A stretch of 64,000 bases of DNA, from positions 1 to 64,000 of the IMG/VR virus record IMGVR_UViG_3300029288_002061, one strand, 5' to 3'. The stretch comes from a virus (Duplodnaviria > Caudoviricetes). This document shows, in pieces, positions 36,161 to 46,550 of this stretch. Each line of letters starts with the position of its first letter. The stretch's first letter is position 1. The position numbers and the translations under genes are program-made. The notes under the pieces are model-generated. The model saw only the letters and a list, made by a program, of their open reading frames with translations, was not told where the DNA came from and made no database searches.

Positions 36161-37896
36161 TATTCCTGTACCTCCACAAGCTGCGTCGGGGTGTTTTCAA
36201 CCTTCGATTTCCCCGGCCCACCTTTCCAAGTCCTTGTAAGCAGGACTTCATTGGTATAAAGACCTCTTTCATACTTATGATACACATCGGTCATATAATA
36301 CAAGCCACTAGCCCTGCCGACACCGGCAAGTTCTATGCTGTCTCTGGCTCTTAACCATTCCACCCCGACAACCTTTGCCATACCCTTCATGATCCAGCGG
36401 GAGTTCTCTGAGAACCCTTGGACTTCCGTTTGGAGGACAAAAGGATCCCTACCGGAGTGGTAGACATACTTCTGGTTAGGCTTCCCGCCATAGGATACGA
36501 TATCAGCCCACCGCTTCACCCCGCTATTGGTTCCATAGGTGGCGGCATTTGTGGTAAACTTTCCAATCCCGACCTGAGAAATCGGATCATCCGTATCTTG
36601 GGACGTAACCGTATAGGGCAGTCCAGAAAGCGGGTCGATCTGGGAACCCTCCACGACATTGCCTTCTTGCAGCGGCTCACCCCAGACAGAAAACCCGCTG
36701 ATCTGGCTATCATCACCCTTGTAGTAAACCATCTTAATGCCACTGTCGCGGAATAATGGCTTGTGGAAATGGAGGATGCTATTCTCGATATAGAGCTGGT
36801 AGCCGTATTGTTCGGCCCGTTCTTCAAGGAAATCCCAGTCGGACTGATTCATCTGTGATACTTGACCCCAAACCGGGAGAGTATCCTGTACCGCCGCAAG
36901 GAATCCGTACTTTTTGGCAATTTGCTGGACAATCTGGGAATCTGTGAGATTATTCCAGACAATACGTTCTTGTCCCAGCCCCATCATGAACTCTTCACTG
37001 ACCCCGGTAAGCTCTACCATACCGACATTTCCTGCGCCCTGACCGAATACCAGCTTTGGGCCGAGCGAGTAGAACGTTCCGCCGACTTGCTTGAATCCGG
37101 TAGTTTTGTACCCAAACTTGATCCGGATCGGCTTATATTCATCCCATAGCGGGTCATTGGTGTATTGCAACAGTGTGTTATCAAAAGTCAATACCACAGT
37201 AGACATTCTGTGTTCATGTGTAAGGTGGACTACCGCCCTTTGGAGTAGTTTGGCATAGCTCTCATCTAACGGCTTACCGTCGATTTCAATGTAGGTAATC
37301 CCGTTATTACGGTTTACCGGAGTTGGGTTCTGAAAACTCTTGGTTGCCTTATCAGATCCGGAGCTTGCCGTGGTTTTCATACCACCGGAAGCCAATGTCT
37401 GTTCAAGGTCGGTTACTGCCTTGACAGTATCTTCGATAGCACCATTTGTACCGGATATGTTACTGACCTTATCCGATTGGTGTCCAAGCCGGGATGTCTG
37501 TGCCGACGTACCGGATGTACTGAGATTGATACCCACCCGCGTAACCAATGGGTTATTGATATTCAGGGCGGAAATACCTTTTGAGCCTTGGAAAGCCGAT
37601 TTAAGGGCATTCATGGCCTGTATAATGGTAAGGACTTCGCCGGATCTTCCCGACCCAGCCGCCATATTGATAACATCCGCGATGGAAGGTATCCTGAGCT
37701 TGGCCGACAGGGAGACCTTGAACCCGCCGATACTGGCATAACCAGTCCCACGGGCTAGAGATGTAACAATTCCGGTGCGCCATGTTCCGGCGCGGATAAG
37801 CTTATTGGCTTCCGCTTTCCACTTCCCTATGGCTTTCTTAACTTGGCTCTGCGCATAGGATTTAACGACGGAAGTAGCCTTTTTACCCCAGTTCAT
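36160..37896 (-). CDS. Baseplate hub (late control D / VgrG gp27-like)
   Basis: TDSQIVQQIAKKYG, QMNQSDWDFL..RA, SGLYY..VYH. Confidence 0.85.
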   Translation of the reverse strand: MNWGKKATSVVKSYAQSQVKKAIGKWKAEANKLIRAGTWRTGIVTSLARGTGYASIGGFKVSLSAKLRIPSIADVINMAAGSGRSGEVLTIIQAMNALKSAFQGSKGISALNINNPLVTRVGINLSTSGTSAQTSRLGHQSDKVSNISGTNGAIEDTVKAVTDLEQTLASGGMKTTASSGSDKATKSFQNPTPVNRNNGITYIEIDGKPLDESYAKLLQRAVVHLTHEHRMSTVVLTFDNTLLQYTNDPLWDEYKPIRIKFGYKTTGFKQVGGTFYSLGPKLVFGQGAGNVGMVELTGVSEEFMMGLGQERIVWNNLTDSQIVQQIAKKYGFLAAVQDTLPVWGQVSQMNQSDWDFLEERAEQYGYQLYIENSILHFHKPLFRDSGIKMVYYKGDDSQISGFSVWGEPLQEGNVVEGSQIDPLSGLPYTVTSQDTDDPISQVGIGKFTTNAATYGTNSGVKRWADIVSYGGKPNQKYVYHSGRDPFVLQTEVQGFSENSRWIMKGMAKVVGVEWLRARDSIELAGVGRASGLYYMTDVYHKYERGLYTNEVLLTRTWKGGPGKSKVENTPTQLVEVQE

Positions 37897-38197
37897 TCAA
37901 TTCCCTCACCGGAATAATGATTTGCTGGCCGGGAGTCAGATCCAGCGGCCATAGGATACCATTGACTTCCGCGATAAGCCACCATAGGCGTTCTTTGTCC
38001 TCTACGGAACCGGCAAAACGGAAAGCTATATCGTCAAGGCTATCCGCGACAGTTACCGTATAGAGGATCCAGTCTGAATTCACGTCTTGTTGGGTAAGGG
38101 ACGTGCGCGGATGTAACCATTTCCGGGGGATATCATCCGAACCCGGAATCGTTGTGTAAGGAAGACCTTCATAGCGGCTACCGTGGAAAACTGACAT
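37883..38197 (-). CDS. LysM/gpX-like baseplate protein
   Basis: SRY, DSLDDIAF, WWLIAEVN, LTPGQQIIIP. Confidence 0.85.
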   Translation of the reverse strand: MSVFHGSRYEGLPYTTIPGSDDIPRKWLHPRTSLTQQDVNSDWILYTVTVADSLDDIAFRFAGSVEDKERLWWLIAEVNGILWPLDLTPGQQIIIPVRELNELG

Positions 38198-38222
38198 ATT
38201 CTTCTCCTGCAAACGTATGCAG

Positions 38223-38924
38223 TTACAGCTTTACGTTGACATACTCCACAAAACTAAGGTTTACTTCCGCCCGGATAGGCTCACCCGAAAGCGGAGAAAG
38301 CTTCTGATACGTTATAACCGCATCCGTCATGTATGCCACAAACGCTTCGTCAAAGATATTTACAAATATCGGAGGCGGGGCGTCCATTTGGGCTACAGAT
38401 CCGTCAGAATAGCGTTCATAATACCCGGTTGCCTTCGGTGGGCGGATACATTCCCTGATCCAGTTCAAGGAATCCTTGACATTCATACAGGCGGGATGCC
38501 TACGATTCATATCATCTCCCCACGATGATAGAAGGATTGTCATGTTCCAAGTCTTAGCCCGTGCTTCCTTGAATTGGTATCTCTCCACACGAACACCCGC
38601 AACACCTTGGGCGGTAAGATAGTTAGCTCCGATGTTCTCTTGAACTGTTTCGGGATTATAATGGCATACCATCTCGGCTGATTGGTCTTTTACAAACTTA
38701 GGATTATTACCAGCTATAGCCATTCTGGTAAGTGTCATTTTCTTGGCTTGTGGGTGGAAACCCATGCCATAAACAGAGTTTACAGCCAATGAATTACCAA
38801 CATCCCTACCGGTAACATTCTGGTCAACATCTCTAAAAGCCTGTTGCTGTGACGGTTCGCTTGCCGCCGGTGCTGGAACGTCGGATTTCATTGTGTCTTT
38901 GATAAAGTTCGCAGTCGAGGACAT
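38223..38924 (-). CDS. Tail tube initiator (CIS tube-like)
   Basis: YNPE, PPP, G.PIRAEVNLSFVEY. Confidence 0.8.
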   Translation of the reverse strand: MSSTANFIKDTMKSDVPAPAASEPSQQQAFRDVDQNVTGRDVGNSLAVNSVYGMGFHPQAKKMTLTRMAIAGNNPKFVKDQSAEMVCHYNPETVQENIGANYLTAQGVAGVRVERYQFKEARAKTWNMTILLSSWGDDMNRRHPACMNVKDSLNWIRECIRPPKATGYYERYSDGSVAQMDAPPPIFVNIFDEAFVAYMTDAVITYQKLSPLSGEPIRAEVNLSFVEYVNVKL

Positions 38925-38928
38925 AGTA

Positions 38929-41514
38929 TTACCTTATTCCATGCAACGGGCCACTCGGTTCACCGTAATTGAGTATATTGTTATTACGGTCAATTTTAAC
39001 CAAAGCCTGTCCCAAAACGTACTCATCAAGAACGATCTGGACGGGTACTGATATTGTACCCCTATCGCCTCCGGCGGGCCGCCCCTGTGATTCAACCGTC
39101 TGATTAGGACTCTGAGGTGCGCTATACGGAGTTGTCATTGACATCGCCATATGACGGAAAGCCGGTTGTGCTACCGCTCTTCCCGGTTCAACCTGAGTCC
39201 TTCTCTTTTCGGTTATCACAATACCGGTCTGGATGTCTTTTTCTGCCGCCTCATTCATTGCACGCTGCTTTTCCAGCATAACGGCAAGACTCTTATTGGA
39301 GTCTATGGTGTTTCTGTTGAGATTTTCTGCGGCATTTGCTGCTTTGTCCATCGCGCCGGTTACACCGTGAATAGCTGCCTGTTGACGGCTATAAGCATCT
39401 GCGGCAGCAAGGGCGCGCTTCTTGGCTGCGGCGTATTCATCCGTTTTCTCGTAATCTTGGGCTGTTTTACCTCTTCCGAGCCATTCAAGGAATTTCTCAT
39501 AGAGGTCAGTAACGGTAGCAATGGCTGCCTTGGCTTTTCCTACTATTGCATCATATAGATATTCCGCAGCCTTGTATACCAATCCTGACACGTACTTAGC
39601 GGCTGTCCCTACCGCACCTATAAGTGCGCCGCCTATTGAAGCCCCAAGACCACCAAGGAGCTTAAACACATAGATAACAGCACTTGTGAGGTCAGAGAAG
39701 ATCGCTATAGCCAGCCCGACTGCCCAGACAATGCCGTATACCAGATATGCCACGGATTTCAGCACAACACCAGCTACTTTACCAAAGTAGAACATGGTTC
39801 TTGAGAATTCTTCAGTTTTCCCCTTCCCGGCGTCGGTTATGCTGAAAAGATTCTTAAAAGCGGCAAAGAGAATGGTAAAGGCATCCCCCATGCCCTTCAT
39901 GGAATCTTTTACACCGGCATAAAACGAGTTCCACCAACCCTTTAGTGTAATGAGTATATTACCTACCCCTCCAAGAGCCTTTGCTATTCCAAGGAAAACA
40001 CCTACAATAGCCAAACCTATTGCTATAACAGGAAGAGCTGCGGCGGCAAATCCGGCAAGACCGGCGGTACCAGCCGCTATGGCGGCTTTAACGGCAATAA
40101 CCGCCGCACCCATCTTCGCCCAAAGAGCAGTAAATCCGGCTACGATACCGGCCCATAGACCCCCAGAGAAGAGACCTCTTATGGACATGGACAACCCACC
40201 AAGCCACCCTAATGCTTGACCGGATACCGATTTTACTCTTGTACCTAGCATTGTAGCGAAAGTATTGGCTCTTATGGTAAGAGAGGTAAACTCTTTACCG
40301 AGATTTTCCAAAGGAGGTATGATACCGGCAGCGTGCCTACCAAGAGCGGCTATCGCGTGGTTTACCGCTACGAAAGCCAAAGTCATACCGCCTATAAGCC
40401 CTATAACACCCTTTACCGGAGTCGGCAGAGCATTCAAGACATACAAGAATCCACGGAATAGAGCTATCATGGTGGCAATAACTGGGTTAAGAATCGACCC
40501 AAATCCTCTGGCGAACGCCTTAAGATCTTCTACAAGCCGCTTCATCTGTTCACCTATACCACCGATGATCTTGTCATAAAGCGATGCCAGTGTTACAGTT
40601 CCGTCCGCCGCGTCCTGTTGGGCCTGTAAAGACGCATTGAGCGCACCGGCTTGCTTACCAAGGGTGTTAAGCCATTCGATCTGGACTGCATTCAACTTTC
40701 CGGTACTAACGATCATACGCCGCTGTTCCGCCGACACATTGGACATACCTTGCTGAAGGATGCCAAGAGCTTTCACCGGGTCGGAAAGCATCGCTTGAGA
40801 TGCTTGATGGAAGAAAGCTGGCAGACCGGCAAACTCTTTACCGTAGGATTGAAGATCCCGCATGAACATGTCAAACATGGCATTGGCATTGGCGGTTGAC
40901 CCTGTAGCGTTCTCAAAGGCTGCCGCGAGAGCCATAGCGTTTTCTTTTGTACCACCGAACATCTTAGCCAAAGCACCGCCTTGGGTGGCAAAATGCGCCA
41001 TAGATTCCATAGCCGCGCCGGTTCTATATGCAATGGCACCCATAGCGGAATTCATCCGCTCAAGCTCTGAATTGGTCAGTCCAAGGTCGGTTTTAAGCTG
41101 TCTCATGGTCTTGGCGATATCTTCAACCGCCCTATTCAAAATAGAGCTGAGTTGGCGGGATTGAACCGCCAATTTGACCATAGAGGCTTCTGTCATGCCT
41201 TGGGTACGGATAAGTTGCTGGTAGGTTGCTACAGCCCCCGCCAAACCGGAAGAAAGCGTTCCGTATCGGTCAATGATATCATTGAGTACGATTCCTTGGC
41301 GAAGGTATACATCTGAAGAGCGTCTTACCACAGAATCTATCTCATCAAACGCCTTAATCATATTCATAAGGACATGCTTGAGATATAGATACGCTTTCGT
41401 GGTGTGTGTCAGCCGGGAAGCCAAATCCTTAAGGGCATTAACAGCTTGCGTAGAGTCCGCAAGAATGCGAATCAGTGTTACCCGTGCTGTGGAGCTTCCT
41501 GATCCGGCTGACAT
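38929..41514 (-). CDS. Tape measure protein
   Basis: 861 aa Ala/Gly-rich helical protein with hydrophobic stretches after the chaperones. Confidence 0.88.
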   Translation of the reverse strand: MSAGSGSSTARVTLIRILADSTQAVNALKDLASRLTHTTKAYLYLKHVLMNMIKAFDEIDSVVRRSSDVYLRQGIVLNDIIDRYGTLSSGLAGAVATYQQLIRTQGMTEASMVKLAVQSRQLSSILNRAVEDIAKTMRQLKTDLGLTNSELERMNSAMGAIAYRTGAAMESMAHFATQGGALAKMFGGTKENAMALAAAFENATGSTANANAMFDMFMRDLQSYGKEFAGLPAFFHQASQAMLSDPVKALGILQQGMSNVSAEQRRMIVSTGKLNAVQIEWLNTLGKQAGALNASLQAQQDAADGTVTLASLYDKIIGGIGEQMKRLVEDLKAFARGFGSILNPVIATMIALFRGFLYVLNALPTPVKGVIGLIGGMTLAFVAVNHAIAALGRHAAGIIPPLENLGKEFTSLTIRANTFATMLGTRVKSVSGQALGWLGGLSMSIRGLFSGGLWAGIVAGFTALWAKMGAAVIAVKAAIAAGTAGLAGFAAAALPVIAIGLAIVGVFLGIAKALGGVGNILITLKGWWNSFYAGVKDSMKGMGDAFTILFAAFKNLFSITDAGKGKTEEFSRTMFYFGKVAGVVLKSVAYLVYGIVWAVGLAIAIFSDLTSAVIYVFKLLGGLGASIGGALIGAVGTAAKYVSGLVYKAAEYLYDAIVGKAKAAIATVTDLYEKFLEWLGRGKTAQDYEKTDEYAAAKKRALAAADAYSRQQAAIHGVTGAMDKAANAAENLNRNTIDSNKSLAVMLEKQRAMNEAAEKDIQTGIVITEKRRTQVEPGRAVAQPAFRHMAMSMTTPYSAPQSPNQTVESQGRPAGGDRGTISVPVQIVLDEYVLGQALVKIDRNNNILNYGEPSGPLHGIR

Positions 41515-41528
41515 TGTAATCTCCTACT

Positions 41529-41780
41529 CTAGAGTGACATCGGCGTAAAGCTAGACCTAGATGCTGCTTCCTCCTCTTGTCTACGCCGCTTTTCCAGTTC
41601 TTCCAGACACTTCTCAAACCAATATATCCGTTCATCTTCGGGCATACACATGATTTCGCTATAAGTCCAACCGGTCTGGACGGCGCATATAACCCATACA
41701 TGTGTACGAATTGACTCTATCTCATCCTCGATAAGCTGATTCAGCTCATCTTGGGTTAATCCCGAAGTTTGAACAAAAAA
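41529..41780 (-). CDS. -1 frameshift extension of the tail assembly chaperone (gpGT-like)
   Basis: TTTTTTG slippery site at 41774-41780; -1 frame open to 41529 with WTYSEIMCMPEDER. Confidence 0.75.
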   Translation of the reverse strand, partial: FFVQTSGLTQDELNQLIEDEIESIRTHVWVICAVQTGWTYSEIMCMPEDERIYWFEKCLEELEKRRRQEEEAASRSSFTPMSL

Positions 41781-42502
41781 TCCGAGCTTGCCAGCTCCAA
41801 CTTAAGATCCTCTTGGCACATAGGACACGTAGCGGGAATCTCAAAGTTAGGGCCGGGGAGCATCTTTTGGTATTCTTCCATGAAGAAATCGGACTCTGTT
41901 ACTTCCAATTCATCAAAAACGGAAAGGGTCAGTTCATTCCGATCCTTTCCGTTCCAAGAAATGAGAGTATTGAACATCAAAACCTGAGTCCCTTCCACGG
42001 GATTCTTCATGATATACCGCATAGCCGCAGCCTGATCGTTACCTTTGGGGAGAGTAAATACCCCGGAATTGGTAGAACCGGGGCTGCTAACGGTGAATTG
42101 CGGAATATCTTCTACTACGACATAATCCTGCTCATTGTATTCAACGCATTCGATATCTTTGCTGAGATCGCTCGTCATACGAAGCGTTTCATTGCAATGC
42201 GGACACTTCAGTTTTGTCACAAGATCGTTACCGCGTGATACCTTACGGATTTCCAATGCCAGAAAATCACGATCCCCGATATAGAGATCATTGATAATCC
42301 CGTTTGAGAGCTTGTTAATACCCTCGATGGATACAACACAATCCAAGAGAAGGGCATTAAGGAGCTTAATCGGGTCGGCCCGCAACTGCTTTGCTGCAAG
42401 CTTTTTCTGGGTTCCACCGGTCATGGGACGGATAACCACTTCCCGGAGACGGCGGCCTTCACTAAAAATGCCAATAGGCAACGTAACATGTGTTTCGTTC
42501 AT
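41756..42502 (-). CDS. Tail assembly chaperone (T4 gp26-like zinc ribbons)
   Basis: LPIG, IRPMTG, GDRDFL, CPHC, CPMC; between tube and tape measure. Confidence 0.8.
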   Translation of the reverse strand: MNETHVTLPIGIFSEGRRLREVVIRPMTGGTQKKLAAKQLRADPIKLLNALLLDCVVSIEGINKLSNGIINDLYIGDRDFLALEIRKVSRGNDLVTKLKCPHCNETLRMTSDLSKDIECVEYNEQDYVVVEDIPQFTVSSPGSTNSGVFTLPKGNDQAAAMRYIMKNPVEGTQVLMFNTLISWNGKDRNELTLSVFDELEVTESDFFMEEYQKMLPGPNFEIPATCPMCQEDLKLELASSDFLFKLRD

Positions 42503-42556
42503 CGCACACCCTCACAACAAGACTAAGACAACAAGCACAACTGCATACGTATGCAG

Positions 42557-43108
42557 TTAAGTGTTCAAACCACTTTGCGGCGCACCATTAGGGTTATTCT
42601 GGCCGCTGCTGATAACCTTCATACCCTCGTGCTGGATAACAACGGACTCGATAACCACCTCGCTACCCATTGCATTCAAAGCGCCAAGACGAAGCTCACT
42701 GGGCCAAGCATTCATCAAAACCCATGTCTTATTTGCGCTGCCGGACGAGGATTCGCCCTTACCATAGAGCTTAATAGTGATGGTTCTGCGGTATTGCGGA
42801 GGAATAATACCATCACCGTAACCGGAGCCGCCGTTTGTCGCACTGGCGTCCTCGTAGGACGCACACTGATTACGCCAATCCAGAAGAATCGTGCTATTAC
42901 TGAGGCCGCGCTGCATCGTAACGGGCTGCCATTCAATCAGACCGGGGAACTTCCGCATCCAAATTGGCATGTTTCCTTCACGGTATTGTACAACAGCGGA
43001 GACGCTATTCAAGCCATCCACCTGAGAAAAGCCAATCTTTTCATAGGGCGGAATGTCCACTTGAAACTTCATACCAAGATAAGGTTCATAACTGGTAACA
43101 TCAGCCAT
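42557..43108 (-). CDS. Tail tube protein (gp19-like) 1
   Basis: GFSQVDGL, YREG, K.PG, NAWPS, LNA...EV.IE. Confidence 0.92.
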   Translation of the reverse strand: MADVTSYEPYLGMKFQVDIPPYEKIGFSQVDGLNSVSAVVQYREGNMPIWMRKFPGLIEWQPVTMQRGLSNSTILLDWRNQCASYEDASATNGGSGYGDGIIPPQYRRTITIKLYGKGESSSGSANKTWVLMNAWPSELRLGALNAMGSEVVIESVVIQHEGMKVISSGQNNPNGAPQSGLNT

Positions 43109-43118
43109 AATAACACTC

Positions 43119-43652
43119 CTAAGCTAAGGACATACCCTCATTATAGTATTGCTGAGATTCACTCACATCTACAGAAGCATATATCGGAACTATGCCTTCA
43201 CAAGCCACTACAAGTTGTTGAACAAGGATTTCCTGTGACATGGCATTGAAATCACTCAAACGGACAGCTTTTGGATACGCATTATAGATCCTGTACCGTA
43301 TACCTTCGCCTTGCTTGTATCCTTTTCCGCGTGCTATGACGTTCAATGTAACCCGTATCTGGTTATCCTGATTGGTAGTTGCACCGCTTTTCAGGTTCAA
43401 TGTAACATCGTTGAACCATTGGTCACAAATCGTACCCTTGATGTATACTCCGTGGGAGAACACTATGTCTCCACACTCAAGCACTCCGGGCAGCTTTATG
43501 GGGGAATACGTTTCTGTTATTTCTTCCCACCGTTTTTCTGCCCGTCCAAGGGAATACAACCCCGACACTCTCTGAAACCCGAATGTCGGGCTACCGTTAT
43601 CCAGCGTCACATCGTACAAAAACCCCTGAAACGGATCACTCATATCGGTCAA
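43119..43652 (-). CDS. Tail tube protein (gp19-like) 2
   Basis: DPFQGF, GFQRVSGL, KLPG, NAYP, FNAMSQE. Confidence 0.85.
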   Translation of the reverse strand: MTDMSDPFQGFLYDVTLDNGSPTFGFQRVSGLYSLGRAEKRWEEITETYSPIKLPGVLECGDIVFSHGVYIKGTICDQWFNDVTLNLKSGATTNQDNQIRVTLNVIARGKGYKQGEGIRYRIYNAYPKAVRLSDFNAMSQEILVQQLVVACEGIVPIYASVDVSESQQYYNEGMSLA

Positions 43653-43678
43653 GGGGGGCTTGCGCCCCCCATTCTCCT

Positions 43679-46282
43679 TTAGGCAATGCCTTCGGTTACT
43701 GAGCTACCACCATCCCACAGCCCAAGGCTGATAATAAAGAACTCAACCGGCAGGGGCGGATTAAGACCGATTTCCATATTCAGGCGTCCATCCTTGCGTT
43801 CACTATTCGGGTTAAGCTCGGCGTCACACTTGACATAATATGCCTTGGTAACGTCATTGGACGGATAGAGCATACCGCGAGACCAGAGACCATACATGAA
43901 CTCACTGTTTGTTTGTTCTACTTGCTGCCATAGACGTGGATCATTGACCTTCATTATAGCCCAACGGTTCCCGATCCGGAGACTAGCCTTGACATAGTTA
44001 AGGAGTCTGCGGACGTTGATATACTGGCGACCGTCCATCGTGTTCCACAGGGTACGGCAGCCATAAATCCGGATACCGTCGCCGGGGAACCAACGGATAA
44101 CGTTAACGCCAACCGGGTTAAGAAGGTCTTGGTCGGCATCGCTTGCATGGTACTGGGTGTCAATAACATCCCGGAGGAGTGTATTGGCCGGGGGGACATG
44201 CACACCTTCGGTAGCCGCTGTACGGGCGTACTGGCCGCACACGATACCCGAGGGCGGAATCAGCATATTGGTATCCGTGTTATCCGGGTCATTGACTTCA
44301 ATCCACGGGTAGTACAGGGCCGCGTAGGAGCTGTTGATGTTAAGCTCAAACACGCGGTAGTTGTATACCTCTTGCGGAAGATCAGTCCATTCCGGGCAGT
44401 CCATGACGTACAGAAGCTCTGCGCGCTGTTCGGCATACGCGGTAGCGGCAACTTGCATCGCCGTGGTCGTGATACCCGGAACGGCAAAGAAGTTAAGCTC
44501 ACTTACATCGTCAAACAGATACAGGCCGCTCTTGGGGTCAACGTCACTTCCGATATAATCATCATCCACCGGGGTAGCACCATCGACACCACCGGCGAGG
44601 ACTTGCTTGACCACCGGGCGGGGGATCTTCATCCAGTCATAAACCGGGGTAGCATAGAGGTCTGTGACTTCAATCTTAACCGACCGGTTCGAGATACCGC
44701 TGAGGAGGTTCATGACGTAGGTATTGCAGTCTTCCATCATGGACAGGCCGGTAAACTGTTCTTGGAACTGGCCCTTCTCAAAGACGGTCATCTGGAACTC
44801 TTGGGATACCGCCAAGGCACCCGAAGCAATCGGGGTAACAAGGCTTACATCGTCAAACTTGATGATATTGCCGTCGATACCCGTGATAATCACTTCCGTC
44901 ATGGAGGTTCCGTCCATGATCGTTACAAGACCGCCGATTTGAAGACCGGCAACGTCACCAACCGTAACTTGGGTATCGCCGTCATTCAGGGCCGCCGTAG
45001 TCGTGGTGGACATGAAGTGGTTACTGGAACTGGTGATGATCGAACCCGCCGGGAGCTGTGCAGTCAAACCCGACACCGGGAAGGCCAGAGTCACCGCTTT
45101 GGTGGAGATATCAACGTCATAAATCAGGTTGACAAACATGTTTGCGGGGGTCGTCGGGTCATAGGCATAGATAACGTCGCCTTTCTTCATATCCCGAAGG
45201 CTCGACACCACCACAACCGAGTCACCATTGGTAACGGGGTTACGGAACGTGGTAGACCAAGCGGCAGTCGTGATGGAGAGCTGATTACCCCATGCACCTT
45301 CCGAATTCGCGGCAACCATAAGGGCATTCTGGAACGTCGCGGCAGAACCGTAGTGGATCAGGTTATCAAACCCGATTGCGGTGGCCGTGGACGAAGAAAG
45401 CACTTGAACCGAAGCCGTGGGGCCAAGGCTGGTCGATTGGATCTGTACCCGACCGGTTGTGGTAGCCGAAGCCGTACCCCCGGTGATGGTCAGGTTGATG
45501 ACGTTAGCCACTGTAGCGGCAGTCACGGCGTCGATCAGGGGAACGTTACCCGTACCGTATGTGGTTCCGGCGGTCAGGCCGAGCTTGGTAAGGGCTGTAC
45601 CACTAACGATTTCCACACTGGCGGCGGTACCGGCAGAGTCCGAGGTGATGCGGAGGTTCCCGCCGCTTACCGTGACTTTGGCAAGACTGATAACACCATT
45701 GAGGAACGCGGCGACTTCATTCACCGTGGCCGGATCAGCAAGACCGGTAATAGTCAAAGTCTGATCGGGATTCCCGTCGATGGATACAACCAGATTCAAA
45801 CCGTCCAAGCCGGTTCCGTCAAAGGTAGACCCGGTAACAACGGCAGGATCGGCATCAAACGTGAACGTCTGGGTTCCGCCACCGTCGATTTTGAGGTCAA
45901 TATCGGCCCCGTCTTCCATATTGAACGGACTAGAACTGCCAGAGATGATCGTTGCCGCCGAAGGCTCACTACCGAGGTTCTGAAGATTGCCATAGGCATT
46001 CTCAGCCCCATCACCCACAACGCGGTTGATATAGCAGCGAGTTCCGCCCTGTTTGAAGAAATAGCGGACGGCTTGATAGAGGTGGCTGCCACGGTAGCTA
46101 CCACCGTAGTTGTTTACAAATTGCTGGAAGCTGGAACAGAAAACGGAACGGTCGGTACGCCCTTTTTCGGCGGAACCGACAAAACCGCACGTATTAACGC
46201 CGACGCCGACGATACGGGGTTCATTATCCCGTTCAATTACATACACTCCAGGATGAATCGCTTCGACCGCCAAGATAGCCAT
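43679..46282 (-). CDS. Contractile tail sheath protein
   Basis: PGVYVIE, FVG...KG, YAALYYPW, PPSG, LNP.GVN.IR, YINVRRL, VKCD.ELN. Confidence 0.96.
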   Translation of the reverse strand: MAILAVEAIHPGVYVIERDNEPRIVGVGVNTCGFVGSAEKGRTDRSVFCSSFQQFVNNYGGSYRGSHLYQAVRYFFKQGGTRCYINRVVGDGAENAYGNLQNLGSEPSAATIISGSSSPFNMEDGADIDLKIDGGGTQTFTFDADPAVVTGSTFDGTGLDGLNLVVSIDGNPDQTLTITGLADPATVNEVAAFLNGVISLAKVTVSGGNLRITSDSAGTAASVEIVSGTALTKLGLTAGTTYGTGNVPLIDAVTAATVANVINLTITGGTASATTTGRVQIQSTSLGPTASVQVLSSSTATAIGFDNLIHYGSAATFQNALMVAANSEGAWGNQLSITTAAWSTTFRNPVTNGDSVVVVSSLRDMKKGDVIYAYDPTTPANMFVNLIYDVDISTKAVTLAFPVSGLTAQLPAGSIITSSSNHFMSTTTTAALNDGDTQVTVGDVAGLQIGGLVTIMDGTSMTEVIITGIDGNIIKFDDVSLVTPIASGALAVSQEFQMTVFEKGQFQEQFTGLSMMEDCNTYVMNLLSGISNRSVKIEVTDLYATPVYDWMKIPRPVVKQVLAGGVDGATPVDDDYIGSDVDPKSGLYLFDDVSELNFFAVPGITTTAMQVAATAYAEQRAELLYVMDCPEWTDLPQEVYNYRVFELNINSSYAALYYPWIEVNDPDNTDTNMLIPPSGIVCGQYARTAATEGVHVPPANTLLRDVIDTQYHASDADQDLLNPVGVNVIRWFPGDGIRIYGCRTLWNTMDGRQYINVRRLLNYVKASLRIGNRWAIMKVNDPRLWQQVEQTNSEFMYGLWSRGMLYPSNDVTKAYYVKCDAELNPNSERKDGRLNMEIGLNPPLPVEFFIISLGLWDGGSSVTEGIA

Positions 46283-46331
46283 TATTTATACTCCTTTACA
46301 AAACGAAGTTGATATTCTGAATACATAATGG

Positions 46332-46541
46332 CTATTTCCGCGCCATCAAAGCGGTTACATTCGTGATGAAGCGGCCCTTGAGGGCTTTTTGGATCTCCGC
46401 GCTTGCCAAATCTTCCGCAGACATCGCGGCAGAAATCTCACCCTTGGCGAGACACAATGAGCGGCCTTTCCCATCCGAATCTTTCGGAAGGTTGAACGTC
46501 AGCATGGTACGGGAAATGTTCTTAACAAAGTTACGTTCCAT
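46332..46541 (-). CDS. Small virion protein
   Basis: Paralogous to the N-termini of 59873-60241 and 59154-59870. Confidence 0.6.
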   Translation of the reverse strand: MERNFVKNISRTMLTFNLPKDSDGKGRSLCLAKGEISAAMSAEDLASAEIQKALKGRFITNVTALMARK

Positions 46542-46550
46542 TGTATTCTC

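Noticed and set aside
25938-46282. Bacterial eCIS/tailocin locus rather than a phage
   Set aside because: Contiguous with portal, protease, capsid, tRNAs and phage early genes; no host housekeeping genes or integrase in the window
44129-46312. Long plus-strand ORFs (also 22177-23709, 16393-17631, 52107-53357, 4327-5250)
   Set aside because: Antisense shadows of well-supported minus-strand genes, with no recognisable motifs
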